32,000 nucleotides of DNA from Pseudomonas aeruginosa (GTDB taxonomy: Bacteria; Pseudomonadota; Gammaproteobacteria; Pseudomonadales; Pseudomonadaceae): NCBI RefSeq assembly GCF_001457615.1, contig NZ_LN831024.1:3390001-3422000 (forward strand), in the 5' to 3' direction. Position numbers and translations under genes: made by a program. The notes beneath the pieces are model-generated. The model saw only the letters and a list, made by a program, of their open reading frames with translations. It was not told the DNA's origin and did not search any database. Shown one piece after another: positions 8,844 to 18,700 of the stretch. Numbering within the stretch: the stretch's first letter is position 1; each line of letters starts with the position of its first letter.

Positions 8844-9214
8844 CGCGCACGACTCCTTGATGGCGCCTGTCCATCGCGAGGGAGTGGAGAACCGGAGATA
8901 GCCGTCCTACCGCTAAACGCCAGTGTAGATCGGGCTCCGGCAACTTTCCTCGGTGCCCGCATCGCCGTCCGTCCCCTAGCGGGCGGGACCCAGCGGGGCA
9001 CGCGATGCCAGGATCGCCAGGCCGGCCAGCCCGACTACCGAGACGCTCTGGTTGAGGCAGGCATTGGTACGCCCAGACAATCGCCCCGCGCCCGCGCATC
9101 AGCCAGGCTGCGAGCCATGCCAGCGCCGGTCCGCGCTATGATCGCTGCACCCGGCCTGACCGCGCTCCGACCTCGCGCCGTCGTATCCCGAAACCCACTT
9201 CCAGGAGGAAGCAC

Positions 9215-9511
9215 ATGGCAACCGATCTCTACGCGCTGGCCGAACAGGTCGAGGACGAAGCGGGTTTCCTGCACTTCCTCGCCGCGCTGGCGGCGGACTG
9301 GGAGGAAGACCGCCGCCTTGCCGCCGCCAACCCGCCGAAGCCGTTCGGCCCCAGCCCGCTGGGTTGGGAGAACGGCAGCATCGGTGGCTTCCTCGATGCC
9401 GCCGCGACCTGGGGCGAGGACTCCCGCGACGGCCTGCCGGGCTATTCCAGGCCGGAGAATGCCTGGCGGCGCGCGGCGCAGCTGATGCTGGCGGGCAAGT
9501 TCTATGAATGA
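9215..9511 (+). CDS. Small acidic hypothetical protein (98 aa)
   Basis: ATG 9215 is preceded by AGGAGG. The codon third positions are GC-rich. The ORF overlaps the downstream rimJ-like start by 8 nt. Confidence 0.7.
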   Translation: MATDLYALAEQVEDEAGFLHFLAALAADWEEDRRLAAANPPKPFGPSPLGWENGSIGGFLDAAATWGEDSRDGLPGYSRPENAWRRAAQLMLAGKFYE

Positions 9512-10127
9512 CTTCAAGTCTGCCCTGGCGCCCTTCCCGCCCGGCTACCCGAGGGTCTTGCCGGGCAACCGGCGGCAGGTGCCGATACTGCATCGCGACG
9601 CGGACTTCCTCCTGCGCGCGCTGCAACCCGACGATTTCGTCCGGACCAGCCGCTACGAGAACGCCAACCGCGAGCACCTGGCGCCATGGGAGCCGCTGCG
9701 CGACCCGGGGTATTTTTCCGTGGACAACGCCCGCGCCCGCACCCTGCTACAGGTGGCGAGCATGGACGAAGGCGAGGCGCTTCTCCTGCTGTTGCTCGAT
9801 CCCGACGACGGCGAGGTGCTGGGGCGCTGCAGCTACACCAACATCGTCCGCGGGGTATTCCAGGCCTGCCACCTGGGCTTTTCCCTGGCCGCTGCGGCGC
9901 AGGGCCGCGGCCTGATGGCACGAGCCCTGCGGGTAGCCAACCGGTATTGCTTCGAGCAGCTCGGCCTGCACCGGATCATGGCCAGCCACCTGCCGCGCAA
10001 CGCACGCAGCGAGCGCCTGCTGGAAAGCCTCGGCTTCGAGAAGGAAGGCTACGCCCGCGCCTACCTGAAGATCGCCGGGGTCTGGGAAGACCATGTGCTA
10101 CGGGCGCTGGTGGACGCTCCGCGCTGA
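9504..10127 (+). CDS. rimJ: Ribosomal-protein-S5 alanine N-acetyltransferase-like GNAT (RimJ family)
   Basis: 207 aa. [16 protein letters not shown] and [47 protein letters not shown] are close to the E. coli RimJ sequence as I recall it. Confidence 0.85.
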
Positions 10128-10141
10128 ACCGACGTGCAAAT

Positions 10142-10172
10142 GCGCAACGGGGCGCCAGGCGTCCCGTTGCGC
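10142..10172. terminator. Stem-loop between the convergent rimJ and metE genes (likely bidirectional terminator)
   Basis: GCGCAACGGG (10142-10151) pairs with CCCGTTGCGC (10163-10172), with further inner pairs possible. On the minus strand the stem is followed by ATTTG. The T-tract is short, so strength is uncertain. Confidence 0.5.
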
Positions 10173-10188
10173 TCACCGGGCCCGCCGC

Positions 10189-12489
10189 TCAGCCGCGGGC
10201 GAGGTCGCCACGCAGTTCGCGGGCGGCGGCGACCATGTTCACCAGCGCCGCCTCGGTTTCCGGCCAGGCGCGGGTCTTCAGGCCGCAGTCCGGGTTGACC
10301 CAGAGCCGCTCGGCAGGTATCCGCCGGGCCGCCTTGCGCAGCAGCGCGACGATCTCTTCCCGGCTCGGCACGCGCGGCGAATGGATGTCGTAGACGCCCG
10401 GACCGATCTCGTTCGGGTAGTCGAACTGCTCGAAGGCCTCCAGCAGCTCCATGTCCGAACGCGAAGTCTCGATGGTGATCACGTCGGCGTCCATGGCGGC
10501 GATGGACTCGATCACATCGTTGAACTCGCTGTAGCACATGTGCGTATGGATCTGGGTTTCGTCGCGGACTCCGGAGGCGCACAGGCGGAAGGCCTCGGTG
10601 GCCCACTCCAGATAGTGCGGCCAGGCGTTGCGGCGCAGCGGCAGGCCTTCGCGGAAAGCCGCCTCGTCGATCTGCACGATCCTGATACCGGCGGCCTCCA
10701 GGTCGACCACTTCGTCGCGGATCGCCAGGGCCAACTGGCGCGCCTGCACCTCGCGAGACACGTCCTCGCGCGGGAAGGACCACATCAGCATGGTCACCGG
10801 GCCGGTCAGCATGCCCTTCATCACCTTGTCGGTAAGGCTCTGGGCGTACCTGATCCACTCCACGGTCATGGCCCGCGGACGGCTCAGGTCGCCATAGATC
10901 ACCGCCGGCTTCACGCAGCGCGAGCCGTAGCTCTGCACCCAGCCGAAGCGGGTGAAGACGTAGCCGTCCAGTTGCTCGGCGAAGTACTCGACCATGTCGT
11001 TGCGCTCGGCCTCGCCGTGCACCAGCACGTCCAGCCCCAGTTGCTCCTGGATCTGCACCGCATGGCGGATCTCGCTGTGCATCGCCTCGATGTACTCGGC
11101 CTCGCTCAGCTTGCCCTGCTTGAACGACTGGCGGGCCAGGCGGATCGACGAGGTCTGCGGGAAGGAGCCGATGGTGGTGGTCGGGAACGCCGGCAGGTCG
11201 AGTCCGGCGCGCTGCCTGGCGATGCGTTCGGCGAACGGCGAGCGGCGCTGGGCGTCGCTGGCCTTGATCGCGGCCAGGCGCGCCTGCACGGCCGGCTTGT
11301 GGATTCGCGGCGAGGAAGCGCGGCTGGCCTGGACCGCACGGCTCTCTTCCAGGGCGGCAAGCACCTCGGCGGCCTCCGGCTCAGTGGCGGCACGGGCCAG
11401 CACCGCGACTTCGCGGCACTTCTGCACGGCGAAGGCCAGCCAGCTCTTCAGCTCGGCGTCCAGCCCGTCTTCGCGCTCCAGGTCCACCGGGCTGTGCAGC
11501 AGCGAGCAGGACGGCGCGACCCACAGCCGCTCGCCCAGGCGCTCCCGGGCATGGCGCACCACTTCCAGGGCTTTCTCCAGGTCGCAGCGCCAGACGTTGC
11601 GTCCGTTGACCAGGCCCAGCGAGACGACCTTGTAGGCCGGCAGGCGGTCGAGGATGCTCGGATACTGTTCCGGCGCTCGCACCAGGTCGATGTGCAGGCC
11701 GTCCACCGGGAGGTTGGCGGCCAGGCCCAGGTTGTCTTCCAGGCCGCCGAAGTAGGTGGCGACCAGCTTCTTCAGCGGTTCGCTCTGTAGCAGGTTGTAG
11801 GCGCGCTCGAAGGCGTTCTTCCATGCCTGCGGCAGGTCGAGGACCAGGATCGGCTCGTCGATCTGCACCCACTCCACGCCCTGGCCGGCGAGGCGGCGCA
11901 AGATCTGGCCGTAGAGCGGCAGCAGGCGGTCCAGCAGGTCGAGCCTGTCGAACTCGGCGCCCTTGGCCTTGCCCAGCCACAGGTAGGTCAGCGGACCGAT
12001 CAGTACCGGCTTCACCTGGTGGCCGAGGGCCCTGGCCTCGTCGACCTCCTCGAACAGTTGTTCCCAGCTCAGCTGGAACTGCTGATCGGCGCTGAACTCG
12101 GGGACCAGGTAGTGATAGTTGGTGTCGAACCACTTGGTCATTTCCTGGGCATGGGCACCGCCGCAACAACTGTCGTCGCTGACGCCACGGGCCATGCCGA
12201 ACAGGGTATGCAGGGTCGGCCCGGCCTCGCCGTGCGCCCGGAAGCGCTCGGGGATCACGCCGAAGGTCAGCGAATGGGTCAGCACCTGGTCATACCAGGC
12301 GAAATCGCCGACCGGCAGCAACTGGATGCCGGCATCCTTCTGTACCTGCCAGTGGGCAGCGCGCAGCTGCCGACCGACGGCCCGCAGGCCGGCCTCGTCC
12401 AGCTCGCCCTTCCAGAACGCTTCCTGGGCTTTTTTCAGTTCGCGATCGCGTCCGATGCGTGGGAAGCCGAGAGTGTGGGCCAGGGCCAT
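10189..12489 (-). CDS. metE: Cobalamin-independent methionine synthase
   Basis: 766 aa. The [22 protein letters not shown]-terminus and the C-terminal Zn-site motifs THMCYSEF and NPDCGLKTR are present. GGAGGA precedes ATG 12489. Confidence 0.97.
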   Translation of the reverse strand: MALAHTLGFPRIGRDRELKKAQEAFWKGELDEAGLRAVGRQLRAAHWQVQKDAGIQLLPVGDFAWYDQVLTHSLTFGVIPERFRAHGEAGPTLHTLFGMARGVSDDSCCGGAHAQEMTKWFDTNYHYLVPEFSADQQFQLSWEQLFEEVDEARALGHQVKPVLIGPLTYLWLGKAKGAEFDRLDLLDRLLPLYGQILRRLAGQGVEWVQIDEPILVLDLPQAWKNAFERAYNLLQSEPLKKLVATYFGGLEDNLGLAANLPVDGLHIDLVRAPEQYPSILDRLPAYKVVSLGLVNGRNVWRCDLEKALEVVRHARERLGERLWVAPSCSLLHSPVDLEREDGLDAELKSWLAFAVQKCREVAVLARAATEPEAAEVLAALEESRAVQASRASSPRIHKPAVQARLAAIKASDAQRRSPFAERIARQRAGLDLPAFPTTTIGSFPQTSSIRLARQSFKQGKLSEAEYIEAMHSEIRHAVQIQEQLGLDVLVHGEAERNDMVEYFAEQLDGYVFTRFGWVQSYGSRCVKPAVIYGDLSRPRAMTVEWIRYAQSLTDKVMKGMLTGPVTMLMWSFPREDVSREVQARQLALAIRDEVVDLEAAGIRIVQIDEAAFREGLPLRRNAWPHYLEWATEAFRLCASGVRDETQIHTHMCYSEFNDVIESIAAMDADVITIETSRSDMELLEAFEQFDYPNEIGPGVYDIHSPRVPSREEIVALLRKAARRIPAERLWVNPDCGLKTRAWPETEAALVNMVAAARELRGDLARG

Positions 12490-12541
12490 GGGTGTTCCTC
12501 CAGTCGAAAGGTCGATGGAGGAATTCTCGTGAGGCTCATGC

Positions 12542-12589
12542 CATGAGACAAACTCAATTTCTTCGTGATGAAATCAAGTTTCCCTCATG
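12542..12589. promoter_or_regulatory. AT-rich 48-bp imperfect palindrome upstream of metE; candidate operator or 5'-UTR hairpin
   Basis: CATGAGACAAACT (12542-12554) pairs with AGTTTCCCTCATG (12577-12589) at 11 of 13 positions, plus inner pairing AATTTC/GAAATC. It contains TGAGACAAACTCA (12544-12556), which fits a LysR-type T-N11-A pattern. It lies 53-100 nt upstream of the metE ATG. Confidence 0.3.
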
Positions 12590-12621
12590 ATCATCCTCGC
12601 GCCCTGACCTCGGCGCCCTCC

Positions 12622-14904
12622 TCACTTGCGCTTGCGGATCGCCATGCGCCGAGGCTTGAGACCGCCAGCCGCGGCAGCGCCGGCCTCGCCGTCGACCACG
12701 GGCTGCATCCTGGCTCGCGCCGCGTGCAGCTTCTTGTAGCTGTCGATCAGCCGCAGGTGCCGGTCGAGCCCTTCCAGCTTCATGCTGGTCGGCGTCAGGC
12801 CGAAGAAGCGCACGCTGCCGTCCACCGAGCCCAGCGCGGCATCCATCCGCGCGTCGCCGAACATGCGGCGGAAATTGGCCTCGTAGTCGGCGATCTCCAG
12901 CTCGTCGTCGAGGACGACCTCCAGCACCACGTTCAGCGCCTGGTAGAACAGGCCGCGCTCGACGCTGTTGTCGTTGTACTGGAGGAACGCCTCCACGCCT
13001 TCCTTGGCGTCTTCGAAGCGCTTCAGGGCGAGGCCGATGAGCACTTTCAGCTCGAGGATGGTCAGTTGGCCCCAGACCGTGTTGTCGTCGAACTCGACGC
13101 CGATCAGCGTGGTGATGTCGGTGTAGTCGTCCACCTCGCAGTCTTCCAGGCGCTCCAGCAACGCCCCGAGCGCAGCATCGTCGAGGCGGTGCAGGTTGAG
13201 GATGTCCTCGCGGAACGCCAGGGCCTTGTTGGTGTTGTCCCAGATCAGGTCTTCCACCGGATAGATTTCCGAGTAGCCCGGCACCAGGATCCGGCAGGCC
13301 GTAGCGCCGAGGTTCTCGTACACCGCCATGTAGACCTGCTTGCCCATGGCTTCGAGGATGCCGAACAGGGTCGCGGCTTCCTCGGCGTTGGCAGCCTCGC
13401 CCTGCCGGGTGAAGTCCCACTCGACGAACGGGAAATCGGCCTTGGCGCTGAAGAAGCGCCAGGACACCACGCCGCTGGAATCGATGAAATGCTCGACGAA
13501 GTTGTTCGGCTCGGTCAGCGCATGGCTTTCGAAGGTCGGCTGGGGCAGGTCGTTCAGGCCTTCGAAGCTGCGCCCCTGGAGCAGTTCGGTCAGGCTGCGC
13601 TCCAGGGCCACCTCGAAGCTCGGGTGAGCGCCGAAGGAAGCGAACACGCCGCCGGTGCGCGGATTCATCAGGGTCACGCACATCACCGGGAATTCGCCGC
13701 CCAGCGAGGCGTCCTTGACCAGTACCGGGAAGCCCTGCTCTTCCAGGCCGCGGATCCCGGCGAGGATGCCCGGGTACTTGGCCAGCACCTCCGGCGGCAC
13801 GTCCGGCAGCGCCAGCTCGCCTTCGAGGATTTGCCGCTTGACCGCACGCTCGAAGATCTCCGACAGGCACTGCACCTGCGCCTCGGCCAGGGTATTGCCG
13901 GCGCTCATGCCGTTGCTGAGGTAGAGGTTCTCGATCAGGTTGGAGGGGAAATACACCACCTGGCCGTCGGACTGGCGCACGAAGGGCAAGGCGCAGATAC
14001 CGCGCTGCACGTTGCCCGAGTTGGTGTCGTACAGGTGCGAGCCGCGCAGCTCGCCGTCGGGGTCGTAGATCGCCAGGCAATGGCCGTCGAGCAGTCCCAG
14101 CGGCAGCGCATCGTCGCGGCCGGGCTTGAACCAGCGTTCGTCCGGGTAATGGACGAACGCCGCATTGGCGATCTCTTCTCCCCAGTACTGGTCGTTGTAG
14201 AAGAAGTTGCAGTTCAGCCGCTCGATGAATTCGCCCAGCGCCGAGGCCAGCGCGCTTTCCTTGCTCGCGCCCTTGCCGTTGGTGAAGCACATCGGCGACT
14301 GCGCATCGCGGATGTGCAGCGACCAGACGTTGGGCACGATGTTGCGCCAGGAGGCGATCTCGATCTTCATGCCGAGGCCGGCGAGGATGGCCGACAGGTT
14401 GGCGATGGTCTGCTCCAGCGGCAGGTCCTTGCCCGGGATGCGCGTGCAGCCGGCGGCATCGGTGCCGGGCATCAGCAGCGCCTGGGCGTCGGCATCGAGG
14501 TTGTCGACCTCCTCGATGACGAACTCGGGCCCGGTCTGCACCACCTTCTTCACCGTGCAGCGGTCGATGGAGCGGAGGATGCCCTGGCGGTCCTTCTCCG
14601 AGATGTCGGCCGGCAGTTCCACCTGGATCTTGAAGATCTGCCGGTAGCGGTTCTCCGGGTCGACGATGTTGTTCTGCGACAGGCGTATGTTGTCGGTGGG
14701 GATGTTGCGCGTCTGGCAGTACAGCTTGACGAAGTAGGCGGCACACAGCGCCGACGACGCCAGGAAGTAGTCGAACGGCCCCGGCGCGGAGCCGTCGCCC
14801 TTGTAGCGGATCGGCTGGTCGGCGATCACCGTGAAATCATCGAACCTGGCTTCCAGTCGAAGGTTATCGAGAAAATTGACCTTTACTTCCACGGCGAGCA
14901 CCAA
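12622..14904 (-). CDS. OsmC-domain / YcaO-domain fusion protein with a C-terminal helical (TPR-like) extension
   Basis: 760 aa. The N-terminal ~130 aa are OsmC/Ohr-like with both family cysteines in place (GPFDYFLASSALCAAY, SIDRCTVKKV). A YcaO core follows (FTNGKGASKESALASALGEFIERLNCNFFYNDQYWGEE), resembling E. coli YcaO. The start is ambiguous: TTG 14904, GTG 14901 or GTG 14892, with no clear SD. Confidence 0.88.
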   Translation of the reverse strand: MVLAVEVKVNFLDNLRLEARFDDFTVIADQPIRYKGDGSAPGPFDYFLASSALCAAYFVKLYCQTRNIPTDNIRLSQNNIVDPENRYRQIFKIQVELPADISEKDRQGILRSIDRCTVKKVVQTGPEFVIEEVDNLDADAQALLMPGTDAAGCTRIPGKDLPLEQTIANLSAILAGLGMKIEIASWRNIVPNVWSLHIRDAQSPMCFTNGKGASKESALASALGEFIERLNCNFFYNDQYWGEEIANAAFVHYPDERWFKPGRDDALPLGLLDGHCLAIYDPDGELRGSHLYDTNSGNVQRGICALPFVRQSDGQVVYFPSNLIENLYLSNGMSAGNTLAEAQVQCLSEIFERAVKRQILEGELALPDVPPEVLAKYPGILAGIRGLEEQGFPVLVKDASLGGEFPVMCVTLMNPRTGGVFASFGAHPSFEVALERSLTELLQGRSFEGLNDLPQPTFESHALTEPNNFVEHFIDSSGVVSWRFFSAKADFPFVEWDFTRQGEAANAEEAATLFGILEAMGKQVYMAVYENLGATACRILVPGYSEIYPVEDLIWDNTNKALAFREDILNLHRLDDAALGALLERLEDCEVDDYTDITTLIGVEFDDNTVWGQLTILELKVLIGLALKRFEDAKEGVEAFLQYNDNSVERGLFYQALNVVLEVVLDDELEIADYEANFRRMFGDARMDAALGSVDGSVRFFGLTPTSMKLEGLDRHLRLIDSYKKLHAARARMQPVVDGEAGAAAAGGLKPRRMAIRKRK

Positions 14905-14972
14905 GAGAAACGGAAACCGGCCATTATCCGGGAACTCCGGGCAAAAGTCCCAGCTCTCCGCCGTACGCGTCG

Positions 14973-15299
14973 CTACTTGCCGGCCTCCCCGCCGCTCTCC
15001 GGCACGTAGATCATCCGTCCGTCGGCCAAGCGGTAGGTCACCCCGGCGCGGCTGCCCTGCCCTTCGCCGATCTCGCCGCTGGCCTGGTAGCGCTTCAGCT
15101 CCTTGCCGTCCTTGACCAGCATGCGCATGTCCGCCTCGCCGGGATTCTCGACCACCACCACCTTGTCCTGGCTGAACGGGTTGAGCGGGTTCTGCACGAT
15201 GACGATCAGGAGGATGCCGATCACCACCAGGAACAGGTCGATCAGGTTGACCATCGAGAGGATCGGGTCGTCCGCCTCGTCGTGTTCGAGGAAGCGCAT
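14973..15299 (-). CDS. ExbD/TolR-topology small membrane protein (DUF2149-like)
   Basis: Track ORF 14973..15569 trimmed to ATG 15299 (MRFLEHDEADDPILSMVNLIDLFLVVIGILLIVIV...). It has a single N-terminal TM segment then a soluble domain. The start shares 1 nt with the upstream stop (TGATG). Confidence 0.8.
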   Translation of the reverse strand: MRFLEHDEADDPILSMVNLIDLFLVVIGILLIVIVQNPLNPFSQDKVVVVENPGEADMRMLVKDGKELKRYQASGEIGEGQGSRAGVTYRLADGRMIYVPESGGEAGK

Positions 15300-15775
15300 C
15301 AGCCGGCCTCCCGCGCGCGTTCGACGGCGCGCAGTTCCTGGAGCAGCCAGCGGCGACGCACGGTAAGGATGAAGAAGGTGATGCTGGCGGCGACCAGGGC
15401 CAGGATCACCGCGGAAAACGCCACCACCAGGTTCTCGCCGATCCCCTGGGCGTCGTTGCGGGTCAGCGCCAGCAGTGCCGGTCCCATGGGGATCATGGTC
15501 GCCACCAGGCCGAGCATCGGCGCGCTGCGCGAGGTGATCCGCAGCCATTCCAGGCGCTGCATGATCCACAGTTCGAGGTCGTCGCTGTTGCCGCCATGCA
15601 GCGCCTGCCAGGCCGCCAGGCGCGAGCGGTAGCGCCCGCGACGGCGCTGCCAGGCTTCCATGGCGAAGCCGCCGAGGGCGACGAAGGCGTAGGCCAGCGC
15701 GGCGAGGATCAACAGCAGCACCGGCAGCAGGAACAGGCGGGTGAGTTCGTAGAGGCTGGTTTCCAGACCATTCAT
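15299..15775 (-). CDS. MotA/TolQ/ExbB-family proton-channel protein
   Basis: Track ORF trimmed to ATG 15775 (MNGLETSLYELTRLFLLPVLLL...), 158 aa. It has three hydrophobic segments. APMLGLVATMIPMGPAL resembles the ExbB/TolQ motif. There is an ATGA overlap with the CobN-like stop. Confidence 0.8.
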   Translation of the reverse strand: MNGLETSLYELTRLFLLPVLLLILAALAYAFVALGGFAMEAWQRRRGRYRSRLAAWQALHGGNSDDLELWIMQRLEWLRITSRSAPMLGLVATMIPMGPALLALTRNDAQGIGENLVVAFSAVILALVAASITFFILTVRRRWLLQELRAVERAREAG

Positions 15776-18700
15776 GAGCGATTTTCCATCGGACGACGAT
15801 TGACTACGGACTGCCGGACGGCGCCGGCGGCGAACAGCGCGAGCAGCACGGCGGCGGCCAGCCGGAGCCACGGCTGCGGCTCGCCGGACGGCGGCGGCGC
15901 GACTTCTTCGAGGACGCGGCCGCTGACCGTTTCGCCGGCACCGGACGCGGCCGCGCCCTCTGCCTGCGCCGCGGCCTCGCCGAAACCGCCGGCCATCCGT
16001 TCGATGAATTCACGGGTGGTCGCCGCGCCGACCTCGCCGGCGCCGGCGGCCGCCAGTTGCCGCCAGCGCTCGGCCAGTTCGCGGCGGGTCTGCTCGCTGG
16101 CGTCCCAGTAGCCCTTGCGGATGGCCTCGGCCATGCGCGCGATGATCTGCGCCTGGGCGGTCGGATTGTGCGTTTCGAACCACTCGGCGAGACCCAGCTC
16201 GCGGCGGTCCATGACGAAGGTGTCGTGCAACGCCTGCCACTGGTCGGCGCGGACCATGGTGCGATCCGCCGCCTGCCAGCCCCACAGGTTGTTGGCCAGG
16301 TCGAGCATTTCCAGGCTGCCGGCGTAGCCCTCGCGCTGCATCGCGGCGATCCACTGCGGGCTGAGGTAGCGCCCGCGCAGCTCGCTGGCGAGGAACTGCG
16401 CGGCGGCCGTGGTGCGCGGCTGGCGCTGGCGCAGGTCGGCGATGTACAGCGCCGGGCTGGCGCCGTCGAGGTGGCGTACCGCCAGCGACAGGCCGCCGAG
16501 GTACTCGAACGGGTGGTCGGTGGAGAGCACGCCGTTGAGCGTCGAGGAGCGCGAGAGGATCGCCGCCTGTACACCCTTCAACTGTTCGGCGAACAGGTTG
16601 CCGCCATCCAGCTTCACGCCCCAGTCGCGACTGCCGTAGGCGTACTGCAAGCGCCCGAGGAACTGCTCGGCGAGCGCCGAGTCGTCGTCCCAGCGGGTGG
16701 AATCGAGGGTCAGTTGCGTTACCCCGGTGCCGTAGTCGCCCGGCGCATTGCCGAACAGCCGCAGGCGCGACAGGCGCTGCGCCAGTGGCGCTTCGACGCC
16801 GCGTTCGCGCAGGCGCCGCTCCAGCGCCTGGCTGTTGCGCGCCAGCGGGTTGCCCGGCTCGTCCAGCGCGGCGAGGCGCTCGATGGCCTCGGCGAGCAGG
16901 CGCATGAAGCCGTCGAACTGGTCGCGGTAGACACTGGTCACCTGTAGCACCACGTCCACCCGTGGACGCCCCAGTTCCGCCGCCGGCACGATGTCCAGCG
17001 CCAGCAGGCGGCCACCGGCGTCCCAGCGCGGGCGCAGGCCGAGGGCGTGCAGCGCCTGGCTTTCGACGATGCCCAGGTGGCGCATGGTTTCCGACGACCA
17101 GAGGCTGAAGGCGAGCTTTTCCGGCGCCCTGCCCTGGTGCTCGGCGCGGTAGCTTTCCAGCAGTTGGCCGAAGGCCTCGGCGCCGGCTTCGTAGGCGGCG
17201 CGGGTCGGTACCTTGTCGGCCTCGAAGGCGAACAGGTTGCGCCCGCTGGGTACCTGCGGATTGCGGATCGGATCGCCGCCCGGCCCGGGCGCGACGAAGC
17301 GCCCGGCGAGGCCGGCGAGCAGCGCCTCCAGTTCGCCGGTGTCGGCGAGCTGGCGGTCCAGTTCGCGGGCGCGCAGCAACTGCTCGCGCAGGCGCGGATC
17401 GGCCACCTTGGCGATCTCGCCACCGTCGCGCAGGTAGCGTTGCAGTGTGCGGTAGGCACGACCTTCCCGCAGCGCCCTGAAATCGGCGGCGAACAGTTCG
17501 TCGGGGTCGAGACCGAGCGCGCGGTAGTAGGGCTCGCCGAGCTGCTGCATGACGGTGCCCAGGCGCAGCTCCGGCGAGGCGGCGACACCGAAGGTGTGCA
17601 GCCCCAGCGGCATCGCCGAGCCGGCGAGTCGGTGCAGGTGGTCGTGGAGCACGCCGAGGAACGCCGGGAAATCCTCGCGCATCGCTACCTCGCTCCAGCC
17701 CAGGTCGTCGTTCATGTGCGCCGCCCGCACCGCCGCGCGGATCTGCTCGGCGCTGCGTTCGCGCACCGCGCCCTCGTCCAGTTGCTGGTATTCGTGGATC
17801 AACTGGTGCAGGTCGCGCAGTTCGTCGTACAGCCCGGCCGGGGCGAACGACGGCGTCTGGTGGCTGACGGTGACCGCGCGCCCGCGCCGGCGCGCCTGGA
17901 TCGCCTCGCCAACGTTGTCCTGGATGTACGGGTAGAACACCGGCAGGTCGCCGAGCGTCCGCAGCGGGTAGTCGCCCACCGCCAGCCCGCGGTCCTTGCC
18001 GGGTAGCCATTCCTGGGTGCCATGGGTGCCGAAATGGATCAGCGCGTCGGCGCCGAAACCCTCGCGGACGAACTGGTAGACCGCCAGGTAGAGATGGTCC
18101 GGCGGCACCGCGCTGTCGTGGTAGGCCTCGCCCGGACGGCCGGCACGCGGCGGCTGCGGCAACAGCAGCAGATTACCCAGGCGCGCCGCCGGGAACACGA
18201 AGCGTCGCTGGCCGTCGATATCGCGCAAGGCCCAATGTCGACGCGGGTCGCCCCAGCGCGCGCGCATCTCCTCGCGCAGATCCGCCGGCAGCGCCTCGAA
18301 CCAGTGCAGGTAGGCGTCCAGCGGCAGGCTCGCGGCGAGGCCGTCGCGATACAGCGCGTCCAGGGTCTGCGGCCGGTAGTAGCCGCCGAGCAGGCGCTGG
18401 GCGGTATCGATCAGCGCGCTTTCGTCGCTCGTCGCAACCCGGTAGCCGGCCGCCCGCAGCGCTTCGCCGAGACGGGCCAGGCTGGCCGGTACATTGAGAT
18501 GCGAGGCGGCGACGTTCTTCTCGCCCTCCGGGTGGTTCCAGAACATCAGCGCCAGGTGCTTGTCCGCCGCCGGCAGGCGACGCAGGCGCAGCAGCCGGTC
18601 GAGCTTGTCCAGCAGGGCCTCGGCCTGCCCGGCCATCAGCTTCGGCTCGCCGTTCTCCAGGGCGCTGATCACCAGCGGATCGCTCATTCCCCAGGTTTCC

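Noticed and set aside
9215-10127. GNAT-type toxin-antitoxin pair (small upstream gene overlapping an acetyltransferase).
   Set aside because: The acetyltransferase aligns along its length with housekeeping RimJ as I recall it. The upstream protein shows no RHH/DUF1778-like antitoxin features.
12490-12621. Cobalamin riboswitch upstream of metE.
   Set aside because: The region is only 132 nt, shorter than a typical cobalamin riboswitch aptamer plus expression platform, and I could not find a B12-box-like core.
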